64,000 nucleotides of DNA. Source: an uncultured Victivallales bacterium (GTDB lineage: Bacteria; Verrucomicrobiota; Kiritimatiellia; UBA8416; CAYSRM01). The notes beneath the pieces are model-generated. The model searched no databases and was not told the origin of the DNA. It saw nothing but the letters and a program-made list of their open reading frames with translations. Location of the stretch: NCBI GenBank assembly GCA_964475205.1, contig CAYYVQ010000008.1, positions 12,038 through 76,037 of the forward strand, read 5' to 3'. The translations under genes and the position numbers were made by a program. This document shows, in pieces, positions 37,974 through 47,589 of the stretch (its first letter is position 1; each line of letters begins with the position of its first letter).

Positions 37974-38750
37974 ATGAAGATTGCCACGTTTAACGCAAAT
38001 TCAATCCGGGCGCGAATGCCGGTCGCCAGCAAGTGGATCAAGGATAACCGGCCTGATATTCTATGCATCCAGGAAACAAAAACTCACGACGCGTTTTTCC
38101 CTCAGAACGAATTTACAAAGCTGGGTTACCATGTGTCTTTCCGGGGAGAGAAAGGATATAATGGCGTTGCAATAGCATCATTGAAACAACCTGACCAGAT
38201 CAAATTCGGATTCCACGATGGCAAAGAATCACGCGAGGATACACGGCTGGCCTACGGAAAATTCGGCCCCTTGCATATAGTCAACACCTACGTTCCTCAG
38301 GGTCGCGACATAAACAACCCTGCGTACAAGTACAAACTGGACTGGTTCCAACGGCTCAGGAATTTATTTGAAACAGAGTTTACAACAAGGCAGAAAGTTC
38401 TCTGGACCGGCGATCTTAATATTGCCCCCACTTTTATAGATGTTCACAACCCCGAAAGACAATCCAACCACGTATGCTATCACCAAAACGCCAGGCAGGC
38501 TTTCCAGGATACAGTCTCATGGGGATTCATTGATGTCTTCAGAAAAAGCCACCCGGAACCGGGCCATTATTCTTTTTTCGACTACCGGACAAAAAACGCC
38601 GTTGAACGCTCCATGGGCTGGCGGGTGGACCACTTCCTTGCAACCAAGCCCCTTGCCAACACCTCTACGGATTGCTACATAGACGTGGAACCGAGAAAAT
38701 GGGATAAACCTTCGGACCATACGTTTGTCGTGGCAGAGTTTGACCTGTAA
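37974..38750 (+). CDS. xth: Exodeoxyribonuclease III
   Basis: KIATFNANSIRAR, CIQETK and the C-terminal SDH motif of the EEP nuclease fold. Confidence 0.9.
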   Translation: MKIATFNANSIRARMPVASKWIKDNRPDILCIQETKTHDAFFPQNEFTKLGYHVSFRGEKGYNGVAIASLKQPDQIKFGFHDGKESREDTRLAYGKFGPLHIVNTYVPQGRDINNPAYKYKLDWFQRLRNLFETEFTTRQKVLWTGDLNIAPTFIDVHNPERQSNHVCYHQNARQAFQDTVSWGFIDVFRKSHPEPGHYSFFDYRTKNAVERSMGWRVDHFLATKPLANTSTDCYIDVEPRKWDKPSDHTFVVAEFDL

Positions 38751-38803
38751 AAGTGAAAATAAACCGACCTGCCTTTGCGGGCGGAGTAAAACAGGAGCAT
38801 TAA

Positions 38804-39817
38804 ATGCGCGAAACCGTTCCGGAAGTATTGAAGTCAGACGCCTGCATCAAACGACACGAAACCAACCCGATCCTCAGCCCAGAAGATATTCCCTACCCCA
38901 GCAATCTGGTTTTCAACGCAGGAGTGGTTAAATACCAGAGAAAATACGTTATGGTCTTTCGCAACGAAGCCAGGTATCCGCGCAACGAAGGAAGACCGAA
39001 AATCATTACTGACCTCGGTCTGGCCTTCAGCAACGATGGCATTTCCTGGGACGTGCAGCCTGAGCCATGGATTAAACAGGAAGAACTCAATGATCCCGAG
39101 TTCGTCCGTTTCTACGATCCGCGACTGACCGTGCTTGAAGGACGCTGCTACATGTGTTTTGCTGTCGACACAAAACACGGTGTAAGGGGCGGCATAGGGG
39201 TAACAGACGATTTCGACAAATTTGAAACGCTTTCCCTCAGCGCCCCTGACAATCGCAACATGGCGCTTTTCCCTGAAAAAGTAGGTGGGAAATACATGCG
39301 GCTGGAAAGACCCTTTCCCGTATACAGCCGCGGCGGCTCTGACAGGTTCGACACCTGGTTCTCCGATTCACCAGACCTGAAATACTGGGGAAATACCCAT
39401 CTGGTCCTGACCGTAGAGGATATACCGTTTGCCAACGATAAAGTCGGCCCCGGGGCTGCCCCGATAAAGACAGACAAGGGCTGGCTCTGTGTAATTCACA
39501 CGGTGGATAGAGATGACTCCAGAGGCAAGAACGGCTGGGAAAAGAGATGGCAGAAACGCTACTGTGCCAGCCTTATGCTCCTTGACAAGAACGAACCCTG
39601 GAAAGTCAAAGCATATTCCTCCCGCCCTCTTATCGCGCCGGAAGCAGAGTACGAGATCAGCGGCGGATTCAGAAACAACGTGGTCTTCCCCGGAGCGGCC
39701 ATAGCCGAAAACAGCGGCGAAGTCAAAATCTACTACGGAGCTGCCGATACCGTGGAATGCCTGGTCACGGCTGATATCAATGACCTTCTTGCAATGTGCG
39801 ACACAAAGAAGGAATAG
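38804..39817 (+). CDS. Glycoside hydrolase family 130 protein (beta-mannoside phosphorylase/hydrolase-like, DUF377)
   Basis: 337 aa. GH130-like sequence features (NPILSP, VFNAGVVKY...YVMVFR, five-bladed propeller length). Confidence 0.65.
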   Translation: MRETVPEVLKSDACIKRHETNPILSPEDIPYPSNLVFNAGVVKYQRKYVMVFRNEARYPRNEGRPKIITDLGLAFSNDGISWDVQPEPWIKQEELNDPEFVRFYDPRLTVLEGRCYMCFAVDTKHGVRGGIGVTDDFDKFETLSLSAPDNRNMALFPEKVGGKYMRLERPFPVYSRGGSDRFDTWFSDSPDLKYWGNTHLVLTVEDIPFANDKVGPGAAPIKTDKGWLCVIHTVDRDDSRGKNGWEKRWQKRYCASLMLLDKNEPWKVKAYSSRPLIAPEAEYEISGGFRNNVVFPGAAIAENSGEVKIYYGAADTVECLVTADINDLLAMCDTKKE

Positions 39818-39847
39818 TCTTGATACCGGAAAGCTTCTTCCCGGCAC

Positions 39848-40519
39848 TCAGGAGCTCCGGCCAGTGAAGACTGGAACCTTCCTGCCCTGACGCCTGAACT
39901 TTCGGCGCAGCTTGTCGGATTCCTCCATATAGAGCTCGTGCTCCTCTGGCATCAGGGCAAGAAGCTCTTTCCAGAAAACAATGGAATTCCTTATGTATAC
40001 AGGGTTGAAATCCGATTCCGGCCTTCCAATAAGGGGGCATCTGTCATCCATATTAAAGTTATACGTCAGGCCCTGAACATTGCCATATTGATCAAGGTGC
40101 GGTTCAAATGGAAAAATTCTACAGACTATCGCACGGCAGGAACGTTTACAGGCTGCGGGCCCGGGGCACTTTGCCAGCATGGAACTTTCGTGTAGCTCCG
40201 ATGCCAGTTCCCGGGCTTTCTTTTTCTTTAATGACATGCGTTTCCAGAACCTGCTCTTTTTTCGCAACCATTTGAATTCATCAACATAAAGTACAGGATA
40301 TGTTGTCTGGTCCTCGCAACAGGCAGGTATACCGCCGTTATCCGGGGCGCACAGTTTTCCGCAATCAAAATCCGTCATGGGCACAGAAAGCAGTCTGTAG
40401 AACCGACCCAGCGCCCTATCTGTTAAAACAGGTTTCCTCAAAAAAGCTCCTTTACTGTAAACCAACAAGTCATATTCTGGCGTTGGATCTGTAATGTTCA
40501 AGCAGTTTTTGATCAGCAA
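39848..40519 (-). CDS. YkgJ/UPF0153-family cysteine-cluster protein (putative Fe-S/zinc-binding)
   Basis: FDCGKLCAP...PACCE and CKRSCRAIVCRIFPFEP resemble the CxxCxxCC ... CRlFP signature. The track ORF starts at TTG, so the true start is uncertain; an alternative ATG lies near 40378. Confidence 0.4.
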   Translation of the reverse strand: MLIKNCLNITDPTPEYDLLVYSKGAFLRKPVLTDRALGRFYRLLSVPMTDFDCGKLCAPDNGGIPACCEDQTTYPVLYVDEFKWLRKKSRFWKRMSLKKKKARELASELHESSMLAKCPGPAACKRSCRAIVCRIFPFEPHLDQYGNVQGLTYNFNMDDRCPLIGRPESDFNPVYIRNSIVFWKELLALMPEEHELYMEESDKLRRKFRRQGRKVPVFTGRSS

Positions 40520-40709
40520 TTCTCATTATGGCCTCTTTCCGCCAAAACCTATTTGTATAACGATGTGCGTAGTAGCGCGGGCTTCACCGAAGCCCAGCGC
40601 TCTTGGGGCCTCGGCTTCGGTGAAGCCGGGCCTACTCGCGCGTGGCTGCAATATCGTGCCGGAACTCTGGCCACGCCAAACGTGGCAAAATGGCCATAAT
40701 GAGAATTGC
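40516..40709. repeat. Inverted-repeat-bounded intergenic element (18-bp perfect inverted repeat GCAATTCTCATTATGGCC / GGCCATAATGAGAATTGC enclosing about 157 bp rich in GC hairpins)
   Basis: The interior carries GGGCTTCACCGAAGCCC, GCCTCGGCTTCGGTGAAGCCGGGC and GCCACGCCAAACGTGGC hairpins. It lies between the divergent YkgJ-like and sulfatase genes. Confidence 0.6.
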
Positions 40710-40824
40710 CGGTTTTTGATACGTCTTACGCGTCTTGTAAAATTCTTCTCGTTTGACAGGAGGCGTTACGAGGCATAACCTTATCCTTTATTTGAAAATC
40801 GAATAATCAAGAAAGAGACATGGA

Positions 40825-42246
40825 ATGAAAAGTCAGCCGAATGTTTTATTTGTTGTTGTAGACGACCTTCGCACTCAACTCGGATGTTACGGCATGGGAT
40901 GGATCCACTCCCCAAACATAGACCGGCTTGCGCAGGAATCACTTCTCTTCAAACGGTCATACTGCCAGCAGGCAATTTGCGCGCCCTCCCGCTGCAGCGT
41001 TCTCTCGGGCTGCCGCCCCGACACAACAGGCATCTATGGTCTGAAGACACCGTTGAGAGATGGCATGCCGGATGTTCTCAGTCTACCCGAACACTTCAAG
41101 AATAACGGCTACGAAACCGTATCGGTCGGCAAGGTGTATCACCATGCCAAAGACGACCTCCAGGGATGGAGCAAAGAGCCGTTTCAGTCCACTGGCGACT
41201 GGAAAGGAAGAGGATACCTGACTGACGAGGCAATGGAAAAGATTGCCGAGTGTGACAGTAAAATGAAAGCCCGTGGCGATCACCGGCGCGGACTCGGGCC
41301 TGCCTTCGAAGCCGCCGACGTGCCGGATGATGCGTACCATGACGGGAAAGATGCGCTCGCGGCTATCGATGAACTAAGGCGTCTGAGCAAATCAGATAAA
41401 CCTTTCTTCCTGGGCATGGGTTTCCATAAACCGCATCTTCCTTTTAACGCGCCAAAACGCTACTGGGATATGTATGACCGCGAAAAACTACCCCTTGCGG
41501 AAAACCCTTTCGAACCCGAAGGCGTTACGGAATTTTCACTTACAAACTTCGGCGAACTGCGCGCTTATTTCGGCATACCCGCAGAAGGCGATATTCCGGA
41601 AGAAACAGCCCGCAAACTGATCCACGGCTACTGCGCATGCGTAAGCTATATGGACGCACAACTGGGTAAGCTCATAGACGAGCTCAAGGAACTTGGGCTT
41701 TGGGATAATACTGTTATAATATTATGGGGCGACCACGGCTGGAAACTTGGCGAGCATAATTCATGGTGCAAGCACACGAATTTCGAAATTGATTGTCGCG
41801 CTCCACTCATGGCAAGAAAACCGGGCATGAAGGCCGAAGGCCGTAAAACCGATGCATTGGTTGAATTCGTAGACATGTACCCCACACTCTGCGAAGTCTG
41901 CGGACTTGATATTCCCGAACATTGTGAAGGAACAAGCTTCGCGACATTGCTCGACGATTCCAACCGGTCATGGAAGGAAGCTGCTTTCAGCCAGTATCCG
42001 CGAGGCGAGCGGATGATGGGCTATGCGATAAGAACCGACAGGTATCGATATATCGAATGGACTGACAGGGAAACGGGAAGCGTTAAGGCCCGCGAACTCT
42101 ACGATCATTCCAATGACGGACAGGAGAATGTCAATATTGCTTCCACAGCCGACGCAGAATTGATTAAGGAGCTTTCAGAAAAGCTGGCGGGGGGATCCGG
42201 CTGGAAAAAAGTCCGGGAAAAGTTGATTGGACAACAACATGCTTAG
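40825..42246 (+). CDS. Sulfatase (S1 family, Cys-type)
   Basis: CAPSRCSVLSG signature, LFVVVDDLR N-terminus and C-terminal sulfatase motifs. Confidence 0.85.
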   Translation: MKSQPNVLFVVVDDLRTQLGCYGMGWIHSPNIDRLAQESLLFKRSYCQQAICAPSRCSVLSGCRPDTTGIYGLKTPLRDGMPDVLSLPEHFKNNGYETVSVGKVYHHAKDDLQGWSKEPFQSTGDWKGRGYLTDEAMEKIAECDSKMKARGDHRRGLGPAFEAADVPDDAYHDGKDALAAIDELRRLSKSDKPFFLGMGFHKPHLPFNAPKRYWDMYDREKLPLAENPFEPEGVTEFSLTNFGELRAYFGIPAEGDIPEETARKLIHGYCACVSYMDAQLGKLIDELKELGLWDNTVIILWGDHGWKLGEHNSWCKHTNFEIDCRAPLMARKPGMKAEGRKTDALVEFVDMYPTLCEVCGLDIPEHCEGTSFATLLDDSNRSWKEAAFSQYPRGERMMGYAIRTDRYRYIEWTDRETGSVKARELYDHSNDGQENVNIASTADAELIKELSEKLAGGSGWKKVREKLIGQQHA

Positions 42247-42470
42247 CCTGATCTATGCATCAACTTCGTGATGAGAGTGGGCATGTTGCTTTAGATCAAT
42301 GGCTTTGCGCAGAGAGCCGGGTGACGGCGTATGGACATACGTCAAGATCGGCTGGCCAGCAAAGTCGTTGAGATGAAGTGACATGCACACTCGTAATAGA
42401 TTTTTATGAATAGATCAGGTTAGATCTGAATGGCACTAACTTAAGGCCTTCGCGCATCGAGATTGAACAC

Positions 42471-42495
42471 CCAATATCCAACAAGGAATTTCCAA
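42471..42495. repeat. Left copy (inverted orientation) of the TTGGATATTCCTTRTTGG motif flanking zupT
   Basis: CCAATATCCAACAAGGAATTTCCAA is the reverse complement of the 43908 copy, with 2 mismatches. Confidence 0.5.
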
Positions 42496-42577
42496 TGTCC
42501 AAGGCAAGAGCGAGAGACAACATGACAGTAATTGTGCGTATTGAGGCTATGCATGATGCATTTCCCCATTTGTTCAG

Positions 42578-42610
42578 TTGGATATTCCTTGTTGGCTGTT
42601 GGATATTGAG
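42578..42610. repeat. Direct tandem copy: TTGGATATTCCTTGTTGG-CTG-TTGGATATTGAGAAT
   Basis: The same motif duplicated in tandem, 135 bp upstream of the zupT start. Confidence 0.5.
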
Positions 42611-42743
42611 AATGCACTTGGAGATACGCTCGAATTGCTTAAGTTAGTGCTATTCTGCTTAGATCTCTATGCCGAATGATTAACTACCCGGGCTTTTGAT
42701 CTGAATAGCGTGCGGAGAAAGGACATCTGAGATAGTCTGAACC

Positions 42744-43553
42744 ATGTTCACACAAAGCGAAATACTTCTGGCTTTTTCTCTGACTGCGCTTGCGGGGCTG
42801 GCCACGGGTGTAGGAAGCGCCATAGCTTTCTTCTCCAGCCGCTCAAACAACAACTTCCTCTGCGCATCGCTTGGGTTTTCCGCCGGTGTAATGGTATATG
42901 TTTCGTTTGTTGAAATACTTGCCAAGGCTAAAGAAAATCTGATTGCGGCAACCGATCCTATTGCGGGAAACTGGCTCACGGTAACAGGGTTCTTCGCGGG
43001 ATTCGCGCTGATCATGATAATCGACCTGCTGGTACCCGAAGTGGAAAACCCGCACCATATCCATTCGGTGGAGGAGATGAAAAAAGGGCCGACAAATGAG
43101 AAGCGCCTGCTCAGAATGGGCCTGTTCACCGCATCTGCGATCGCGATACACAATTTTCCCGAAGGACTGGCTACATTTGCCGCCGCGCTGCATGACCCTA
43201 CCCTAGGAATACCTATTGCTGCCGCTATCGCAGTCCACAACATCCCCGAAGGCATATCGGTCTCGGTGCCGATTTTTTTCGCGACCGGAAGCAGAAAAAA
43301 AGCGTTCTGGTATTCGTTCCTGTCCGGAGTTTCGGAACCTGTTGGAGCAATCATAGGATTTACCCTGCTGCGCTTCCTCTTTTCCGAGCAGGTCTTCGGA
43401 TTTGTTTTCGCCTCCGTAGCTGGAATTATGGTTTATGTCTCTCTGGACGAACTGCTACCGGCAGCCAGGGAATATGGCAAAGGCCATCTTGCTATACTTG
43501 GTTTCGCCACGGGCATGGCTGTAATGGCTCTGAGTCTTCTGCTGTTTCTGTAG
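42744..43553 (+). CDS. zupT: ZIP-family zinc transporter
   Basis: 269 aa, 8 TM helices, with HNIPEG/HNFPEG ZIP signature motifs. Confidence 0.85.
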   Translation: MFTQSEILLAFSLTALAGLATGVGSAIAFFSSRSNNNFLCASLGFSAGVMVYVSFVEILAKAKENLIAATDPIAGNWLTVTGFFAGFALIMIIDLLVPEVENPHHIHSVEEMKKGPTNEKRLLRMGLFTASAIAIHNFPEGLATFAAALHDPTLGIPIAAAIAVHNIPEGISVSVPIFFATGSRKKAFWYSFLSGVSEPVGAIIGFTLLRFLFSEQVFGFVFASVAGIMVYVSLDELLPAAREYGKGHLAILGFATGMAVMALSLLLFL

Positions 43554-43675
43554 CGAAACCAATCCACTTCTCTCTTTTCGCTCCGTTTGATTCGGCAAAC
43601 AATAGCTGCGACAAGATTGATCGACGATTCCTTCAGCCTACAGTCTATGGTCTTTCCTCCCCCCTTGATCATTGG

Positions 43676-43807
43676 ACCTATATACGGCACTTGAAATTCG
43701 GGAAGCGATGTATATTATTACAAATAAGGAGTTTACAATTTATTGCGCCCCCACCCAAAGGGTGCGGGCGAGCTTCCCGAATTTCAAGCCGCAAGGGGTT
43801 GCCGATT
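43676..43807. repeat. 132-bp conserved hairpin element, copy 3
   Basis: Identical to copy 1. It lies immediately 3' of zupT. Confidence 0.8.
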
Positions 43808-43907
43808 TCACTGCATCTGCTTCGTTCTGAGGTCTTCGGCATAGTTACTATAGCCGAAAACCTCACGCCTTGCAGCTACAGCAAACTCGGCAACTGCCGT
43901 TTCTAGG

Positions 43908-43940
43908 TTGGATATTCCTTATTGGATATTGAATATTCCC
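43908..43940. repeat. Right copy of the zupT-flanking motif: TTGGATATTCCTTATTGGATATTGAATATTCCC
   Basis: Tandem half-sites, the same arrangement as at 42578. Confidence 0.5.
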
Positions 43941-44107
43941 TGCTTCTCTCTCTTCTTTGTGTTCTCTGCGCTCTTTGTGGGTACAATCTTCTGCAGCCTG
44001 CATTCATAGGTCTTCCCAGCTTACTCACAAAATTTTAAAAAATCCTTTTCCATGACAAAACTGTGACGCCGGCTTAGCATAATCGGAAAAAATAAAAGAG
44101 GAATTGT

Positions 44108-45595
44108 ATGAATATATTAATGCTATATCCCGAATTTCCGGACACGTTCTGGAGCTTCAAGCATGCGCTCGCTTTTGTCGGGAAAAAGGCGGCGCTCCCG
44201 CCGCTGGGACTGCTGACGGTTGCGGCTATGCTTCCTGAGGAATGGGACAAACGTCTGGTAGATGCCAATGTAAGAAAACTGACCGATCGCGACCTCAAAT
44301 GGGCTGACTGCGCCTTCATCAGCGCCATGACTGTTCAACGAGCCTCTGGGCGTCGAATGATATCACGCTGCAAAAAGGCCGGACTCAAAGTTGTCGCCGG
44401 TGGTCCTTTGTTCCAAAGCGAACTCGACGACTTTGACAAGGTGGATCATTTCGTGCTTAACGAAGCCGAACTCACACTCCCGGATTTCCTCCATGATCTT
44501 GAGAAAGGCTCCGCGAAACGAATCTACACAAAGGAGGGTTTCCCCCACATGGAAAAGACCCCGGCGCCCATGTGGGAATTGCTGGACATGAAAAGATACG
44601 GAAGTATGGGAATACAATTCTCGCGAGGCTGCCCTTTCAACTGCGATTTCTGTAACGTAACAGCGTTATTCGGACGTAAAACACGAACAAAGTCGGCCGA
44701 GCAGATTATCACGGAGCTGGATTCCTTGTATAAGCTGGGATGGCGAGGCGAAGTTTTTTTTGTCGATGATAATTTTATAGGGAAGAAGGGATTTCTTAAA
44801 AGAGATCTCCTGCCTGCGCTCGTAGAATGGCGAAAAAACAAGAAAGGCAACACATTCTTTACAGAGGCTTCCATAAACCTGGCCGACGACATGGAACTGA
44901 TGCGCCTGATGGGCAAGGCGGGGTTCAACAAGGTCTTTATCGGAATAGAAACCCCGGATGACGCCTGTCTTTCAGAATGCAGCAAAGAACAGAATAAAGG
45001 ACGCAATCTTGTAGAAGATGTAAAAAGAATTCACAAGGCGGGACTCCAGGTCCAGGCCGGGTTTATCGTAGGCTTCGACAACGACGGCCCCTCCGTTTTC
45101 AGGAAACAGATTGAATTCATACAGAAAACCGGCATCACCACCGCTATGGTCGGCCTTTTGCAGGCGCCTCCAGGAACGCGTCTTTTTGACAGGATGAAGA
45201 AAGAAGGGCGGTTGATCGGAGAATCATCAGGCGATAACGTGGACGGCACCACGAATATTGTTCCAACAATGGGTCTGGGCCCCCTACTGAAGGGATACCA
45301 TGAAATCCTGGAACACATATATTCGCCTCAACATTATTATTCAAGACTCAAGACTTTCCTAAGCGATTATGAACCGCCTGAAATACGCGGAAATCTTCAG
45401 TTTTCCCATATTATGGCCCTGATTCGCTCATTTTACAAAATCGGGATCTTCGGGAAGGAAAGATGGCATTACTGGAAGCTTCTGGCATGGACTCAGTTCC
45501 ATCGTCCCCAATTGATACCGGAAGCCGTAATCTTGAGCATCTACGGTTATCATTTCAGGAAAGTCTGCGAACTGCATGTTACAGGCAACATCTGA
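44108..45595 (+). CDS. B12-binding-domain radical SAM protein (class B, DUF4070-type C-terminus)
   Basis: N-terminal cobalamin-binding Rossmann-like region. CxxxCxxC radical SAM motif SRGCPFNCDFC. AAAGAGG ribosome-binding site. Confidence 0.8.
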   Translation: MNILMLYPEFPDTFWSFKHALAFVGKKAALPPLGLLTVAAMLPEEWDKRLVDANVRKLTDRDLKWADCAFISAMTVQRASGRRMISRCKKAGLKVVAGGPLFQSELDDFDKVDHFVLNEAELTLPDFLHDLEKGSAKRIYTKEGFPHMEKTPAPMWELLDMKRYGSMGIQFSRGCPFNCDFCNVTALFGRKTRTKSAEQIITELDSLYKLGWRGEVFFVDDNFIGKKGFLKRDLLPALVEWRKNKKGNTFFTEASINLADDMELMRLMGKAGFNKVFIGIETPDDACLSECSKEQNKGRNLVEDVKRIHKAGLQVQAGFIVGFDNDGPSVFRKQIEFIQKTGITTAMVGLLQAPPGTRLFDRMKKEGRLIGESSGDNVDGTTNIVPTMGLGPLLKGYHEILEHIYSPQHYYSRLKTFLSDYEPPEIRGNLQFSHIMALIRSFYKIGIFGKERWHYWKLLAWTQFHRPQLIPEAVILSIYGYHFRKVCELHVTGNI

Positions 45596-45764
45596 TCCGG
45601 CGCCACCATTTTACCGGTCTTCGTCGACAACGATCGGGATAAAGATCTGGACGAAGATCAAAGAACCCCGGGATTTCATCCTGAGGTCATCTAACCTGAT
45701 CTATTCATCATCTTTTCGGAATAATATTCAAATCGTTTGCTGATATTTTTTTACCACTGATTGC

Positions 45765-45846
45765 ACTGATAACACGGATTTTTGTTTTATATCCATCATT
45801 CTTATACTTTATCCGTGTAATCAGTGTTATCCGTGGTTAAATTTCC
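45765..45846. promoter_or_regulatory. Pair of inverted-repeat operator-like sequences upstream of the histidine kinase gene
   Basis: CACTGATAACACGGAT pairs with ATCCGTGTAATCAGTGTTATCCGTGG, within an AT-rich intergenic region. Confidence 0.3.
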
Positions 45847-45923
45847 TTGCTGTGAATAATCCAGGCTAATGTCCTGCCCCAGAAATAACATGGCATTTAT
45901 GGAATTCCCACTTCATCTCTGGT

Positions 45924-46859
45924 ATGCTAAGCCATATAAAAATGAAACGATATCGATTAAACCTTAATCTGACTGGTGTCATTATGCTTGTTGCTCTTGG
46001 CGTTCTGCTGCCTGTAATGCTTGCCACTGCCGTGGGTATTATCTCCATCATCATCGCTCAAGATGTCAGCGGGATCGTAACCGGAGTTCTCATGATCTCA
46101 TTCGCTGCGGCTGCAGCAGGCAGCGCCCTGATAGCCTTGGTTCTGACAGGAAAAAAATCACGACTGGCCCGGCGTCAGGCAGACTTCGTGGCAACTGTTT
46201 CGCACGAATTCCGGACACCCTTGAGCGCCATTAAACTTTATGCCCAAACGCTACAGTCAGACGAAGTCGCAACAAATCGTGAACATAGAAATCACTGTCT
46301 GAATACCATTCTCCGGGACGCTGAGTGGCTCGACATGATGGTCGAAAAAGTGTTGACATGGAGAGCTTCCTCAAAGGATGCCATGCAACTCAACATGCGG
46401 CGGAAACCTGTGGCAGAGGCCATAAGCAGCGCCGTTGAGAGATTCAAACTGATGGTAGATACCGGAGAAATCACGTTTACCTCGTCAATTAATTCCATAA
46501 CTCCTGTCGATCACGACCATACTGCAATCAATACAGTGATACTGAACCTGCTCACAAATGCGTATAAATATACTGGTAAAAACAAAACAATTTCCGTGCG
46601 AGCATACGATACAGATCAATCAATAGTAATAAATGTGGAAGATAACGGCGCAGGCATGCGACCTGCCGAAAAGAAACGGGTATTTCAACCATTTTTCCGT
46701 GGGACCGGAGACAAAAGCAATACAAGCGGCGTCGGTCTTGGTCTGGCCATAACAAAATACCTCGTTGAGCAACACGGCGGAACAATAGATGTCCAGAGCT
46801 CGGAAGGTAAAGGCTCGATTTTCACCATAACCTTGCCGGCAGCAGGTAAAAAACAATGA
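45924..46859 (+). CDS. Sensor histidine kinase (HisKA plus HATPase_c, two TM helices, no large sensor domain)
   Basis: H-box ATVSHEFRTPL, N-box LLTNAYKY and G-boxes DNGAGM / GVGLGLAI. Confidence 0.8.
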   Translation: MLSHIKMKRYRLNLNLTGVIMLVALGVLLPVMLATAVGIISIIIAQDVSGIVTGVLMISFAAAAAGSALIALVLTGKKSRLARRQADFVATVSHEFRTPLSAIKLYAQTLQSDEVATNREHRNHCLNTILRDAEWLDMMVEKVLTWRASSKDAMQLNMRRKPVAEAISSAVERFKLMVDTGEITFTSSINSITPVDHDHTAINTVILNLLTNAYKYTGKNKTISVRAYDTDQSIVINVEDNGAGMRPAEKKRVFQPFFRGTGDKSNTSGVGLGLAITKYLVEQHGGTIDVQSSEGKGSIFTITLPAAGKKQ

Positions 46860-47572
46860 CCCGCAAAGCATCAACCAGAAAAGACAAAAGAGAAAAGATA
46901 CTTGTGGTCGAAGACGACCGTTCGCTGCGCGAGGGCCTGGCCATGAATCTTCGGTTGCGTAAATATCATGTCATAACCGCTGTCAACGGCGATGAAGGTA
47001 TGCAGATGGCTTTTGACGAACGTCCGGATCTGATAATCATGGATATCATGATGCCTTCATGGTCCGGTCTTGACATACTCGAAGAAATGCGGAAACGGGA
47101 AGAAAAAACACCGGTGCTGATCCTTTCGGCAAAAAACACTACCCAAAACAAAGTGCAGGGTCTGGACCTCGGCGCGGACGATTACCTCGGCAAGCCTTTC
47201 GATCTGCCCGAACTCATCGCCAGAGTCGAGGCGCTTTTGCGACGGCAACGAGCGAAGGAAGAGAGCCTTCCCGAACTCGCATTCAAGGATCTCGTTATCG
47301 ATCAGTCAGCTCGAAATGTCAAAATTAACGGAAAAACTGTTGAATTGTCCGCAAAGGAATTCGATATACTCTGCCTGCTGGCTTCATCGCCCGGCGCTGT
47401 TTTCAGCCGCGAGACTATTCTCGAAAAAGTCTGGGGCTGGGATTACGAAGGCTCTGAACGCACAGTTGATAATTTTGTGGCCAGCCTGAGAAAAAAACTT
47501 AACCCGGGCAGGCGCAGGAATCCTTGCATACGCACCGTCCCCAAAGTCGGTTACAAATTCGAAACTCCATAA
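46856..47572 (+). CDS. OmpR/PhoB-family response regulator
   Basis: Receiver domain (VVEDD...DLIIMDIMMP...K) plus a winged-helix C-terminal domain (RTVDNFVASLRKKL...VGYKF). Its start overlaps the kinase stop (ATGA). Confidence 0.9.
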   Translation: MTRKASTRKDKREKILVVEDDRSLREGLAMNLRLRKYHVITAVNGDEGMQMAFDERPDLIIMDIMMPSWSGLDILEEMRKREEKTPVLILSAKNTTQNKVQGLDLGADDYLGKPFDLPELIARVEALLRRQRAKEESLPELAFKDLVIDQSARNVKINGKTVELSAKEFDILCLLASSPGAVFSRETILEKVWGWDYEGSERTVDNFVASLRKKLNPGRRRNPCIRTVPKVGYKFETP

Positions 47573-47589
47573 GAAAGAAAACTGCATAT

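Noticed and set aside
42247-42743. A canonical Zur box or a metal riboswitch upstream of zupT
   Set aside because: Only a weak partial match (TCGTAATAGATTTTTATGA) to Firmicutes-type Zur half-sites was seen. No conserved riboswitch core (B12 box, TPP CUGAGA and so on) is present. The repeated TTGGATATTCC motif is reported instead.
42680-43354. A 224-aa minus-strand ORF overlapping zupT
   Set aside because: The plus-strand product is an unmistakable ZIP transporter. The antisense ORF is a shadow of the hydrophobic codon bias.
44108-45595. The radical SAM protein could be the anaerobic sulfatase-maturating enzyme needed by the two Cys-type sulfatases
   Set aside because: Anaerobic sulfatase-maturating enzymes are SPASM-domain radical SAM enzymes without a cobalamin-binding N-terminal domain. 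This protein has the B12-binding and DUF4070 architecture and no C-terminal Cys-rich SPASM cluster. No maturase is evident in this window.
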